Source of the DNA: Squalus acanthias | Taxonomy: Eukaryota | NCBI GenBank assembly: GCA_030390025.1 | Contig: CM059431.1 | Span: 107,572,001-107,636,000 of the forward strand | DNA: 64,000 bases | Reading direction: 5' to 3' | Shown: positions 37,401-48,343 of the stretch, one piece after another | Numbering within the stretch: position 1 is the stretch's first letter | Layout of the letters: the number at the start of each line of letters is the position of its first letter | The notes under the pieces: generated by a model | Told to the model about the DNA's origin: nothing | What the model saw: only the letters and a program-made list of their open reading frames with translations | Databases searched by the model: none | Program-made: the position numbers and the translations under genes

Positions 37401-37688
37401 GATTACCTGGCGTGTTCCAGGGGAGGCGTGTAGGATGGGGGAAATGTCTAAAAATCGGAAAGGCCTCTCAAAATGGGATAATAGAGGCAATTAAATGGTT
37501 GTTAAGGGCCTTAAGTGCCTATCCCGCCTCTTGGAGGCTGAATGGAAACGGGGTCAGAAAACACGCATGTGGGAAAATTGCTTGGAGGCGGGATGGAGGC
37601 AGGATCGGGCCCGCTCGCCATTTTTTTGCGATTTTACCACCTCACACGCCTCCAAACCTGCCTCCTCGTGCTTGGCAAAATCGAGCCC
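34408..37688 (+). mobile_element. Non-autonomous Harbinger retaining the Myb/SANT-like gene
   Basis: 17-bp TIRs GGGCTGGATTTTGCCAA / TTGGCAAAATCGAGCCC (1 mismatch); perfect TSD TAT; only fused transposase termini remain (about 36932-37157, minus strand). Confidence 0.92.
34688..36672 (+). pseudogene. Harbinger Myb/SANT-like gene; exons 34688-34926, 35248-35407, 35564-36672
   Basis: MSTSKQKCAPRFGEPSLQALV...WLQVAEEV...RTWLQCRR | EKRAHNKRERAMTGGG | ...PRGRPPK...RRSTRKRKIKHK; lesions seen are a 1-bp deletion near 34903, acceptor AG>AA at 35247, and TAG at 35911. Confidence 0.88.
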
Positions 37689-38486
37689 TATGTGTGCCTC
37701 CGATCACAACACAGGAGTACAATTACTCAACTTACTTTGTATGAGAAAAAATGTATCACGCAAATGGAAGAGTATTTAGAATGTAAGATGTGGTCAAACT
37801 TTAATACTGCGAGACAAGATGTGGGCTCTCTAGCTGAATGGTGTTAACTAGCCTTAAAAGAGAAGTTAGCTTCATGGGTAAGTATTATCCATCGGTTAGC
37901 ACTACTAGCGATTGGGGAGAGTGAAGCAAGAGGGTTCAACAGATAATGTATAGGCTGAGTATTGATAGACCTGACAGTCTTTTTTCCTGCTCTTCCGTAT
38001 TGTAACCATTTTTGGCTACATGCACAGACCATTTCTCAAGATGTTGTCTAAACAGTCTGTCCATCCTGTAGCTGTACCAAGGAGGGATGTCTCCAATTCC
38101 TATCTCTCTCTCTGGTTCTTATCTCTTACCTCAAATTCCTCATCCCCACCAGTCTCCATAAACTTAGCACTACATTCCATTACTTCAGTAATTGAAAACA
38201 CAGCAGTTTCAGTCAGGTTGGCATAATTTCCCATCCTGCTTTGCTCTCAGCCATTCGCCATTTTATACAGGCTATTAGGCTTTTAACATACAATTTCACG
38301 TATTATAGTTCTTAATAATGTTTACTAAAACCTACAGGTACGCCCTATCCTACAGATCCCTACCTTGAGGGCGAGGCATTTGCCGACCCCTCAAAACTAA
38401 AATCTTACAGTATGTTTTTTACATATCCACATTATAGATACATTCCTGCAAAGTTCTGCCCTACCCTCAGGCATTTAAGGAAACAA

Positions 38487-39378
38487 GGGGGAAAAATTCA
38501 GTTGGTTGCGCCTCCCGTTAGCGCCTTAAGAGGGCGCTAATGGAGCGCAAAGAGTCTAGCGCCCGGGCGCGGCGATGTTTGCGCCGCTTGCGAAATTAAC
38601 TAGACATTTTGCGGCGGCGCTAAACTCTACCGCCACGATCTCTTGCGCCGGCAGATCGTGACGTCAGTCGAGTGCGCAACGCCCCGGTATCGCCCCGGAG
38701 CGGATATTGAGTGGCGCCCCTGCCTTACCGCCTGCCGCTAGCAACGACAGGTTGAGGGGAGCGTTTTGCAGTCAGGAAGGGACTGGGGGAACGCTATTTA
38801 AAGGTGACCGCTTCCTGCCTTTTATTGTTGGTGACATTTTAGAACCACGCATTCTGAGAGAAAGAGAGAGAGACTTCTGGAGAGATTCAACGCTGTGTGA
38901 AGGAGTTTTGGGTACTGAGCAGCACTTTGCAGGTTCATTTTGATTTGCCCTTCCTTGTAACGATTTAGAAGAGACTGTGGGGTCTGCACTGTGAGCTCTT
39001 TCCCTGGTACTCTTCATTGTTCTTTCCAGCAGATTTGATGTGCAGGTCTCTCCAGGCCGAGATTCAAGGCTGCAATGAGCAGGATGTGGATGGAAAGCAA
39101 GAGCAACCCTCCCCTTTAAGAACTGGCCGGGGCCATTGTGTGTGTGTTCCATTGCTGACTGACATTACATGAGCTTCGCCAGCGCTCTGAGGTAGCGCCT
39201 CGCTCCTCGGCCTTTGCGCCTTAAGACAGGTGTGAAGCACCTGATTTAGCGCTCCAATCACCTCCAGGGGCGATAAAAGTCAAGTTTGCAGTCGGTGGTG
39301 ATAATTAACACCAGGCGCTAATCTTTGCGCCCGGACGATAATTGCGCCCCAAATGGGGCGATACTGAATTTCTCCCCC
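38487..39378. mobile_element. Harbinger MITE related to the 29006-33032 family, inverted
   Basis: TIRs GGGGGAAAAATTCAGT / ACTGAATTTCTCCCCC; both subterminal regions align by eye with the ends of 29006-33032. Confidence 0.85.
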
Positions 39379-39478
39379 CACATCTTTAGTATATCCTTTT
39401 GCAGGAGTTCTCTATAAAGCCCAGCAAGTATCCATTTCATTGAGTGGAGACACTGGGATTTACAGCAGCTGGAACAGA

Positions 39479-40230
39479 GGCCTGTATTTTCCGATCCCTA
39501 CGGGTGGGTACGAGCTGTATACACACCCGTAGGGACCTCGCAAGTGCCGGTTTCAGGCATGCCAAGCACATGTGCTGAAAACCGGCATTTCCCATCTGGC
39601 AAGAATCCTCTTGACAGATCGCACGCCTGCCCTGGAGAAGGGCCTCTGCGGGTGAAGAGTTCCACTTTCTGGAGAACCTCCGCCCGCAGAAAACCTTTAA
39701 AAATCTTACGCCTGGTAAAAGCAGGGGTAAGGTCTGCTTTTACCAACATAAGAGTTTAAAAAAGTTTAAAAAATGTTTCACTCATTTAGAATTTAGAAAT
39801 ACTTTTAAAAAGGTAAGTTTATTTTTAGCCCCGTAAAAAGCTTTAATTTTCTTTTCAAAAAATTAAATTTTTGTTTAAAATATTTAATTTAATGTAATTT
39901 TAACTAATTTTAAAAACGTGATCAAAAAAATGTATTTAATGTTTTGATGTGTTTTTTCAGTGATCTCCATTCATATATTTGACAGGTCTAAGCTGTCAAA
40001 AGTATGAAGGGGGATTCCCTTCTTTGATTGGTTCCCCATGGCCCACATGATCCCAGGGACGCTTGCGAACCGCCTGCGCCCCTGGGATACCTGGGCCTCT
40101 GCGCATTTCGTCGTGGAGAGGCCCAGGATCGGAAATGGCCGGACCTCGGGAGCCCTCGGGTAAGGGCGTAGATTTTTTCCAGATCGGAGGCCTCCGCACG
40201 CAGGAAGCCTCCGATCAGAAAATACGGGCC
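39479..40230. mobile_element. MITE with GC-rich arms and an AT-rich centre
   Basis: TIRs GGCCTGTATTTTCCGATC / GATCAGAAAATACGGGCC; second copy at 63630-64000. Confidence 0.85.
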
Positions 40231-40299
40231 AATGATTTTGCTTTACTGCTTTGCTCCTCAGAATGGGAATCTCCATTTGCTGCTTATACAGACTGATTA

Positions 40300-40669
40300 T
40301 CATAGAATCATACAGCACAGAAAGAGGCCATTTGGCCCATCGTGCCTGTGCCAGCTCTGTGAAAGTGCTCTCCAATTAGTCCCACTCCCCTGCTCTTTCC
40401 CCATAGCCCTGGAATTTTGTACCCCTTCAAGTTTTTATCCAATTCCCTTTTGAAAGTTACTATTGAATCTGCTTCCCCTGCCCTTTCAGGCAGCACGTTC
40501 CAGATCATAACAACTTGCTGCGTAGAAAAAAAATCTTCTCCTCTCCCCTCTGGTTCTTTTGCCAATTACTTTCAATCTGTGTCCTCTGGTTACCGACCCT
40601 CCTGCCACTGGAAACAGTTCCTCCCTCTTTACTCTATCTAAACCGCTCATAATTTTGAATGCCTCTCTA
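40300..40669 (-). mobile_element. CR1 3' fragment
   Basis: EAFKIMSGLDRVKREELFP...TRGHRLK. Confidence 0.85.
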
Positions 40670-40670
40670 G

Positions 40671-41930
40671 GGCCGGAATTTTCCATACCTGGGCGGGTCA
40701 GATGCGGGCGGTCGCCGTGGCGGGTCGCGACCCCGTTCCTGATTCCATTCCACTCCTCAGATCGACTTTGCCTATTAAGGCCACCCTGCGTGTTACCTGG
40801 CCCAATTAAATGGTGCGGGTCTGATGACGTCAGCGATGATGCCTTTTTAGCCGGGATATTTAAAGGAGCCGTGGCCACATTGCATTTGAAGGTTCATCTA
40901 GGAGTGTGCAGGCAGCACACTGCACAATTGGACTGCTGGAGGTGGGAGATGGAGAGAGGGGGACATCTCAGCAACCTGGTGACAGAATTACATATCATAC
41001 AGCCACATGGCATACATCAGTCACTCATATGGGGACTGATGTCAGCAGCCACTAAATGGTCATCATGTGCACAATGGTATCTGTCCCCATTCTTCATATG
41101 TTATATCTAACTCATCCCTTTACTCTCCCACAGGTCTATCAAGAGCCCCCACCACTGTCCAGGCGCAAGAAGAAGACAACTCATCAGCGGAGCTTCCAGC
41201 CTCTGTGGGCGCACCGTCACTGGACAGAAGCGTACCCAGCACCAGCGCAGAAACGCACACCTCGGTGGGTCCCATGCGAGATAGAGTAGTGCTGTCACCT
41301 GGTGTCTCACAACTCACAAGTGAGCAGCAGCAGATGGTGGAGACAGGGACAGCAGTGGAAGTTCCTCGTCAGAGGGCGCAGGACACTCCCAGCTCTGCTC
41401 AGCTGCATTCAGACGCTGAGCCTCTGGGGCCATCGAGAAAGAGGGCGATCCTGGAGGTGCAGCAAGAAGTGCAGGAGGCTTTGACAGGTTTTGCGAGCGC
41501 AATGTCTGGAAATGTGCAGAGAATGGAGGAGTCCATCTCCAACATGAGCACCACCATGCTGCAGATGATGGCGACTGTAGGCTCTTCCATGGATAGGATG
41601 GCCACCTGCATGGAGCAGCTAATGTGCCACTCAACTTCTGCCTCAGGTTGACAGACATGGTTCCCGAGCTGCGTGATTCCCGGGCTCATCCGGTGAAATT
41701 TGAAAGGTAGGGTTAAAAAGATTCTTAAGGGTCTGACAAGTACCTAATAATGATTTAAATTAGCTCGCCCGCCTCTGCCATTCGGGTCGTTGCCGCACCG
41801 GCAAATGCGCCCGAGGGAAAGGCGCGTGAGGTGGGATGACGGAAGGTTCCCAACCCGCTGCAAGATTTTTCAAAATTCCCACCCGACCCACCTCCAATCG
41901 CACCCGCACGGACCCCAGAAAATTCCAGCC
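40671..41930 (+). mobile_element. Harbinger deletion derivative carrying part of Myb intron 2 and exon 3 (41134-41651)
   Basis: TIRs GGCCGGAATTTTC / GAAAATTCCAGCC; ORF 41067-41651 homologous to exon 3 of the 34688 and 16320 genes; no TSD. Confidence 0.82.
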
Positions 41931-41931
41931 G

Positions 41932-42105
41932 ACCTCTCTCTCCTCCTTTAAGATGCTCGTTAAAACTAAGCTTTTGGTCACCTGTCCTAATATCGCTGTA
42001 TGTGGCCTGGTGTCAAATTTTGTTTGATAACGCACCTTTGAAGCAGCGTGGGACATTTTACTACGTCAAAGGCGCTATATAAATGCAACTTGTTGTTGTT
42101 GTTGT
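41932..42105 (+). mobile_element. L2 3' tail
   Basis: Colinear with 8010-8195; (GTT)n end. Confidence 0.8.
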
Positions 42106-42308
42106 AGGTTTAAGCCCCACTCCAAAGGTTTAAGCCCAAAATTTAGGCAGTTCTTGGGCAGTAGGTGAAACTGACAAGTCTGCATTTATTGTCCATCACT
42201 AGTTGCTTTGAGAAGGCAATGGTGGACATTCTCCTTGATCTGCTGTAGTCCTTGTGGTGATGCTGATCGCGTGAAGATGTCAGGTAAAGAATTCCAGAAA
42301 TTCTACCC

Positions 42309-42538
42309 AGATTTTCCTGGGTTTGTGCCCAGAGGCCAAGGGTACAGCAAATATCAGAAAATCAGGTGGGTTGCAGTGACCATTTTTTTAAGGATCCTAT
42401 CTGATTTTCCTTTATTTGAGATTATTGAGGAAATTCAGGTGGGTTCTTATAGAGGTATGCGATCTGACCTGCCTGATTTTCTGATACTTACTGCACCCAG
42501 GCAACCCAAGGCATCTGAGTGCAGACCCAGGATATTCT
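42309..42538. repeat. Old foldback (palindromic) MITE-like element
   Basis: Arms share CCTGGGT and TATCAGAAAATCAGG in inverted orientation. Confidence 0.65.
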
Positions 42539-42595
42539 CCTCTTATATTTGATAGATAAATATTACCAGAAGAGGCCCATATTCCAGACCAAAAT

Positions 42596-43000
42596 AGAAA
42601 GAAAAAGTTGCATTCATATAGCGCCTTTCACGTCTTCAGGACCTCCCAAAGCGCTTTTCAAATGCAGCAGACAATTTGTGCACAGCAAGATCCCACAAAC
42701 AGCAATGTGATAATGACCAGGTAATCTGTTTTAGTGATGTTGGTTGAGGGATAAATATTGGCCCAGGACACCAGGGAGAACTCCCCAGCTCTTCTCTAAA
42801 ATAGTGCCACGGGATCTTTTACATCCACCTGAGAGGCCAGACAGGGTGTCAGTTAACATCTCATCCGAAAGACGGCACTCCCTCAGCACTGCACTGCAGT
42901 GTCAGCCTGGATTATGCGATCAAGTCCTATGGAGTGGGACTTGAACCCACCACCTTCTGACTCGGGACAGGAGAGCTACCCTCTGAGCCACAGCTAACAC
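42596..43000 (-). mobile_element. Deu-domain-like SINE
   Basis: Reverse complement of the family at 1-455. Confidence 0.85.
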
Positions 43001-43659
43001 TACATATTCATGTCACGGAACTGTAGGCTGCTACCGGCATTCTTTAAATCAGAGGCTTCTTTGTGACTTTCATTCAGCCAGATGAAGTTAAAGATTTATA
43101 AGAATAGGCTCGACTGCTGTCTCTGCCCTTTGTGAATGCATAAAACACAGTCCTGTCAAATTAATACGCACGTTCTACTGTATATCATTTCACCTAATGT
43201 AATTGATGTAATTTTATTGTTGAATCCTTGTATAATCTTCAATTAAAAAAAAAGTCTTGTAAATTAAAAAGACAGAATAACAAATGCCTGGCAGTGAATT
43301 TAAAGGCAATATCTCAAACTCAGGGTTCTGCTGATATCCATCAACCATTTGAGCTACACTCTGACTTTATCGAGTTGCTTGATTGAATTAGTGCCCTATT
43401 ACTCACTGTCATCCATCTATTAGCTTATATGTGTTTAAATGTTCACATTTACTGTGATGTACAAAAATTTTAGACAATGTGTTACGCCCAATTAAGCCAA
43501 TTTCCAGGGCATAACAGATCGTGAAATTGGACGGAAATCAGTTCCACTGGACGTCTGCTGATTAATTGCCTGGTTGATTTCCTGATAACCATGGTGGTGG
43601 GTGTTCAAAGCTCCCATCTGAAACAGGTGGAAAGCTCATTAATGCACTAATTGTTGTGA

Positions 43660-44000
43660 AACCACAACTTTGATACAACTGAGTGGCTTGCTATGTCTCT
43701 TCAGAGACAGTTAAGAGTCGAAGCACACACTGGACTTACATATAAGCCAGACCGGGTAAGGAATGACAGGCTTCCTTCCCTAAAGGACATTGGTGAACCA
43801 GTTGGGTTTTCATGGTCACCTTTTACTGATACCAGCTTTTTATTTAAAGATTTTTTTTTTTTTTAAACTGATATTTTTCCAGAATTTTTCCAATTCTCAA
43901 AACTGCCACAATGTGATTTGATCTCACGTTCTATCTAGATTCTTAGTCCAGGTCGCTGAATTATTATTATCCATTAACATAACCACCATGCTCCCATACC
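43660..44000 (-). mobile_element. SINE family 2, diverged
   Basis: TTCCCTAAAGGACATTGGTGAACCAGTTGGGTTTT is the reverse complement of the family-2 core. Confidence 0.75.
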
Positions 44001-44044
44001 TGCATTGTAACTACTGGCAACAACAAAAAAGTCGCAAGATAATC

Positions 44045-44365
44045 CTTGTTTTCTGGGAAGCACTCATGATGCACAAGTCTTGACTCATTAAATATTGATC
44101 AACCGTTCAAGAATGAAAACAGAATGAAAGATTGGCTCCTGGGAGACACAAGTTGCCTCATGCACAGGAAAACCGTACCATTACAATAATGTAATGGTAG
44201 GCTGTTGCATGTGGAGTTGAAAGAGACATATAAATGTTTGCCAAAGAGAAGCAGCAACATGCCAACTTCCCTGGCAGAAGATGAGGGGCCGATGAACTCG
44301 CTGCACTATCACAGTCACTGCTCATTCTGGCACAGGGTGCAACATCTAATCATAATGTTTTCTCT
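44045..44365 (+). pseudogene. Ancient HARBI1-type transposase remnant
   Basis: GSTHDAQVL followed at the expected spacing by WLLGD, later VMVGCCM; stops and indels. Confidence 0.6.
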
Positions 44366-44699
44366 CTCTTGATGCCTGCACAAGGCTCCATCTTTAATCA
44401 AAAGGACATCATTCAAAACACTGTGGATACATTTTACCTATAATTTCCCTGCTGTTCTCTATTTTTTTTGGCTGAGTACTTCCGTTTCCACAGTCATGCA
44501 ATGAGTGCTCAAATTTTCAGACTCCGTAGCTGATGCCCGATGTGGCAATTAACCTGGTGGGGTGCTCATTTGGGTGTTAAAGAGTGATTATTGCAGACGC
44601 ATTTTATTGCCTCCTTACTTGTGCTTTTTTTTAAGTTGTTTTGTCGTCACCGAGGATGGTAATGGTGGAGAATGGAACTCTTCCATTTCAACATCAAGC

Positions 44700-46995
44700 A
44701 TCCCCAAGCCAGAGCAAAACTCTGCTCCAACAATCTGCCTTAGCCTCAGCCCAACTTACTACATTTCCCAGACGAGGCATCCTGTGACCTCTCGGAGCAA
44801 GGTTGTCAATCGGACCCAAATTATCGAGGCCGCGAAATTCGGCGGGGGGGAGCGGGGAGGTTGTTACGGCTGGTTTTGTTGATAAAATGGCAGGCCGCCT
44901 TGCTTCCGGTGAGTAACACGGCGGTGGCCATTTTGAAGAGGTCGTTAGCGTTGCCGTTGCCTGCGCTCGCCACTCACATGTAAATATGCAGATCGTGACG
45001 TCAATTGGCGTGCAATGCCTGAATTGATGCATGACTGCGATTTTGGACATCGCCACTCTCCATACCGCCCTCTCCAAACCACGCACGGAATAACGTGTGT
45101 GCAACGGTACAACAGAGATGCTGCCAGCGCTTCTTAAAGGGAAACACACACATCTTTCAGGTAAGTTTCGATTTCAGCTTTTGAACTGTTTTTTTTACCT
45201 TTTTTTAGAGCAGTGGCATGGTGCAATACATTTCAGAAGTTGTTAAAGTGTGCAGGGAGTGCTCATGGACGCTTGCAAGGCTTTGGATGTTGAAGGAGGG
45301 CCTCTGAGAACACCACTTGCTCCCAGTCCTAGGGGATCTAGTTGGCTCCCCCTTGGGCTGCAACATCACATGGACATGAAGCAGAGGCAGCAAAAGGGAA
45401 AAGCTGCTCGCAGAGGGAAGAGGAAGCAGAAGGAAGGCGGCAACCCAGACAACCCCTTTCTGCTCGGGATATCCGAGATCGAATCTTCCGCCTGCGGTAC
45501 CAATGACCACAACCCCAATTCCCCTTTCCACATTTGTCCCACACCTTACCTTCCCTCTGTTACTGACCATCACAGCAGTCCTCTTGGCCACAATGCTGAA
45601 ATAAAAGCTGCCACAAAACAAACATTCCAATCAAACTTTATCCATATATGCATCCAATATTACGTCAAAAAATCAACTAATCACCCTTGTGCATTCTTTT
45701 AGTGAGCCTTTGCCTATCCTGGTGATGTCACACATTGCTACTCCAGTGGCTGCAGCATGGCTGGTTCAAGGCTGCTGACTTTCATTGAGGGATACTGCAA
45801 ATGGCCTTGCAGGATGACCTCAAGGAGCTGCTGGCTGGGAGTATGAAATCGAGTGACGGTGTTTGTTCTTCTTCTTCACTCTCCTCTCCCTCTTCTTAGT
45901 CAACCACTGGCTGGGCAGACTGGATTTCTTGGTTGTCTGAAATGAGGAAGGCACCAGGGTAGGGTTGTGGTGAGGGGAGGGCGGGAAAGCAAGAGCTGCA
46001 TGCTTACACTATGTGCAGCTTGTACGTCAGAAGAGATTGTGGGATGAGGGGTAAGTGGGATGTGAGAAGGAGGATAAAGCATGAGGATACCAACATCTTG
46101 TATTCTTTCAGCCCCGCCGCTGGCCAAGGGCTCAGCCATGCCCCTGCCAAGAATAGCCAGCACCATCTCCTCCAGTGGTGCAGCTGGTAGGAGATGGCTT
46201 TTGAAGATGCATTCACTGACCTTGACCACTCTTCTGAGGCCATTAAACTTCTTTGGGCACTGGAGCCAGGTTCTGGGGGCGACACTGCTGGCAGTGATGG
46301 CCTCGGTGATCTGGTCCCACAGCCTTCTTTCTGGAGGGCCTCCTGGCCCCCTGTTAGTAGAGGACCTCTCTTCCAGTGTTGACTCCCTGCACAAAGCTCG
46401 AGTGCTGCATCGGAGACCTGGATGCCCTTCCCCTGGCCTGTTGAGATATTTGTACTAATGCTGAAGCACTTTTACCATTTTTTACGTGCAGAATGCAGTC
46501 CAGCTTTAAGAGCTGCAGACTGCCTGGTTTGAAATGATTTTTTTTTCAGAAGGAAGTTCACCTTTAAGGACTAGAGACTGCCTTCCAAACTAACAGCCTT
46601 GCTTTTAGGAAATGCAGCGTTACTCCAGCGACGCAACCTTGGACCTCCTGCCTGTCAGCAGCGTGATAGTCACTGCGCTGTGCATTAAAATCATTTAAAT
46701 TAGCAGGCAGCACCAAATTAATGTGCTGCCTGCGCTTTCTAAACGGGCGGTAGCAAATCTCGTCCCACGGCGCCCCCGTGCATTTTCGGCCCTTATTGAA
46801 TTTCCCGGCCAGAAAGTTTTGTGCTATCGGTCTGTGCCCACTAAAGAATGAGTTGAGAGAGTGCCCAAACTCATTTCACATCGGACCCATACAGCCAGCA
46901 GACACTGTCATCCCATCAGTCTGTGCTGGATTTGAACCCAGATTACAGACGTGAAAGGCTAGTGTCAAAGCCACTGTGTGACCCACTTCCCCTCA
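44700..46995 (-). mobile_element. LF-SINE-like element split by a Harbinger (parts 46995-46811 and 44827-44700)
   Basis: Minus strand GCCTTTCACGTCTG...GGTTCAAATCCAGCACAG...ATGTGAAATGAGTTTGG...TAGTGGGCAC...CACAAAAC matches my recollection of the LF-SINE consensus. Confidence 0.55.
44828..46810 (-). mobile_element. Non-autonomous Harbinger derivative
   Basis: TIRs GGCCGCGAAATTC / GAATTTCCCGGCC; flanks CGA/AGA; Myb remnant on - (WDQITEAI...RTWLQCPKKFNGL); transposase C-terminus ARDIRDRIFRLRYQ* on + (about 45462-45506). Confidence 0.85.
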
Positions 46996-47964
46996 GTTAA
47001 ATTTTTTTAGTCGTCAATATATAGGAACTGAAGCAATGTGTATTGTGGAAAGTTGTGCAGACCTGCTACTGAACAAAAAGTAAAACCTGGAAATTGCATT
47101 AGCTACTTAGCCCTAATGGCCACATTTCTAAGGGTTAGCAATGAGTTATTTCAGGCGCGCAGAGTAGTGAACCTTCCCCCACAATTTAGCACATGCTGTC
47201 AATTAGTTATCGAGAGAATGCAGCTTCCATGTGTTGCAGTGCTCATGTCCTGTATTAAGCTAGTTGAGCTTGTTATTGCCAGGACTATAGCTCATTAAGA
47301 GGAAAGTACATCATACTGCAAGGGGTCAGGCCCATACAATGTATTCCTAATGCCCATAGACACTGGGTGCTGGAGCAGAGGAGTTAGCCTACCACTCGAC
47401 TGTAGTGACAGGAGAACTGCTGCATAATAATGCTTCACGATATTAAAATATTGGAATCTGTCTGAAATAGGCTACAACCAGCAACTCAGAATCATTAAGG
47501 TCAATTTCTGCTTCTCCAACAGCTCCCACAGTGCTTCTACCTCAGGACAATCATCTGTGGCAGCCTTATTTAAAGAAGAAGAAGGAGGAGGAGTGGAAAG
47601 ATTGCTCCTGCAGATCAAGGGTATCCTCTGCAGCCCTGGTTAAATGAGACCTCTGTCCCATACAACGGACAGAAGCTGAGGCGGATACCGTGAGGCTCGT
47701 GCTACTGCCAGGATAATCAGGGAATAGAATAAACTATTGGGATTTTGAAGCAATGCTTCACATGTCTCAATGGTTCAGGGAACACATTGAAATGCAGCCC
47801 CCAGGGTATCAAGAATCATTATCACCTATTGGATGCTGCTGCAAGAGGCCTCACTACGGGGCAAGAAGAGCAGAATCTTGAAGCCATGGTAGAAAAGAAG
47901 GCTGGCAGCAAACCACAAGGACATAGCTGCTGAAACACCAATACCAAAGCGTCCTGGCATACAG

Positions 47965-48343
47965 TTACACCAGGCAATAAAAGCAGATCGGGTAATGTGG
48001 CTTTGTGTGGGATAGATTACGCAGGGTGGAATTTTGGACAAATTGAAGTTCATGTAAGGTGTGCCATGGGAAGCTAGTGAGGGCAGTGTTGACAAAGTTG
48101 TGACTGGAGATGACAAGGGATATCCATAGTCTTTGTGGTGAAGTAAGGGCAGAGGTGGGCAACATTAGGGAAGAGGAAACAAGCAGTCTTAGTGATGATA
48201 GGATATTGGGTCTGAAGCTCAGCTCAGGATCCAACAGGTTACTGACATTGTATACTGTCAGGATCAGCCTCAGGGCGCAGCTGGAGCCAGCAACAGAATT
48301 GATGGCAGAGTTTTTGGAGGGAGCCAGACAGGATGGCTTTGGC
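47965..48343 (-). mobile_element. Old L2 fragment, continuing beyond 48684
   Basis: LDPELSFRPNI and LHELQFVQNS motifs. Confidence 0.6.

Noticed and set aside
37100..37744. 214-aa ORF
   Set aside because: Antisense to transposase remnants and running through the TIR; no motif support.
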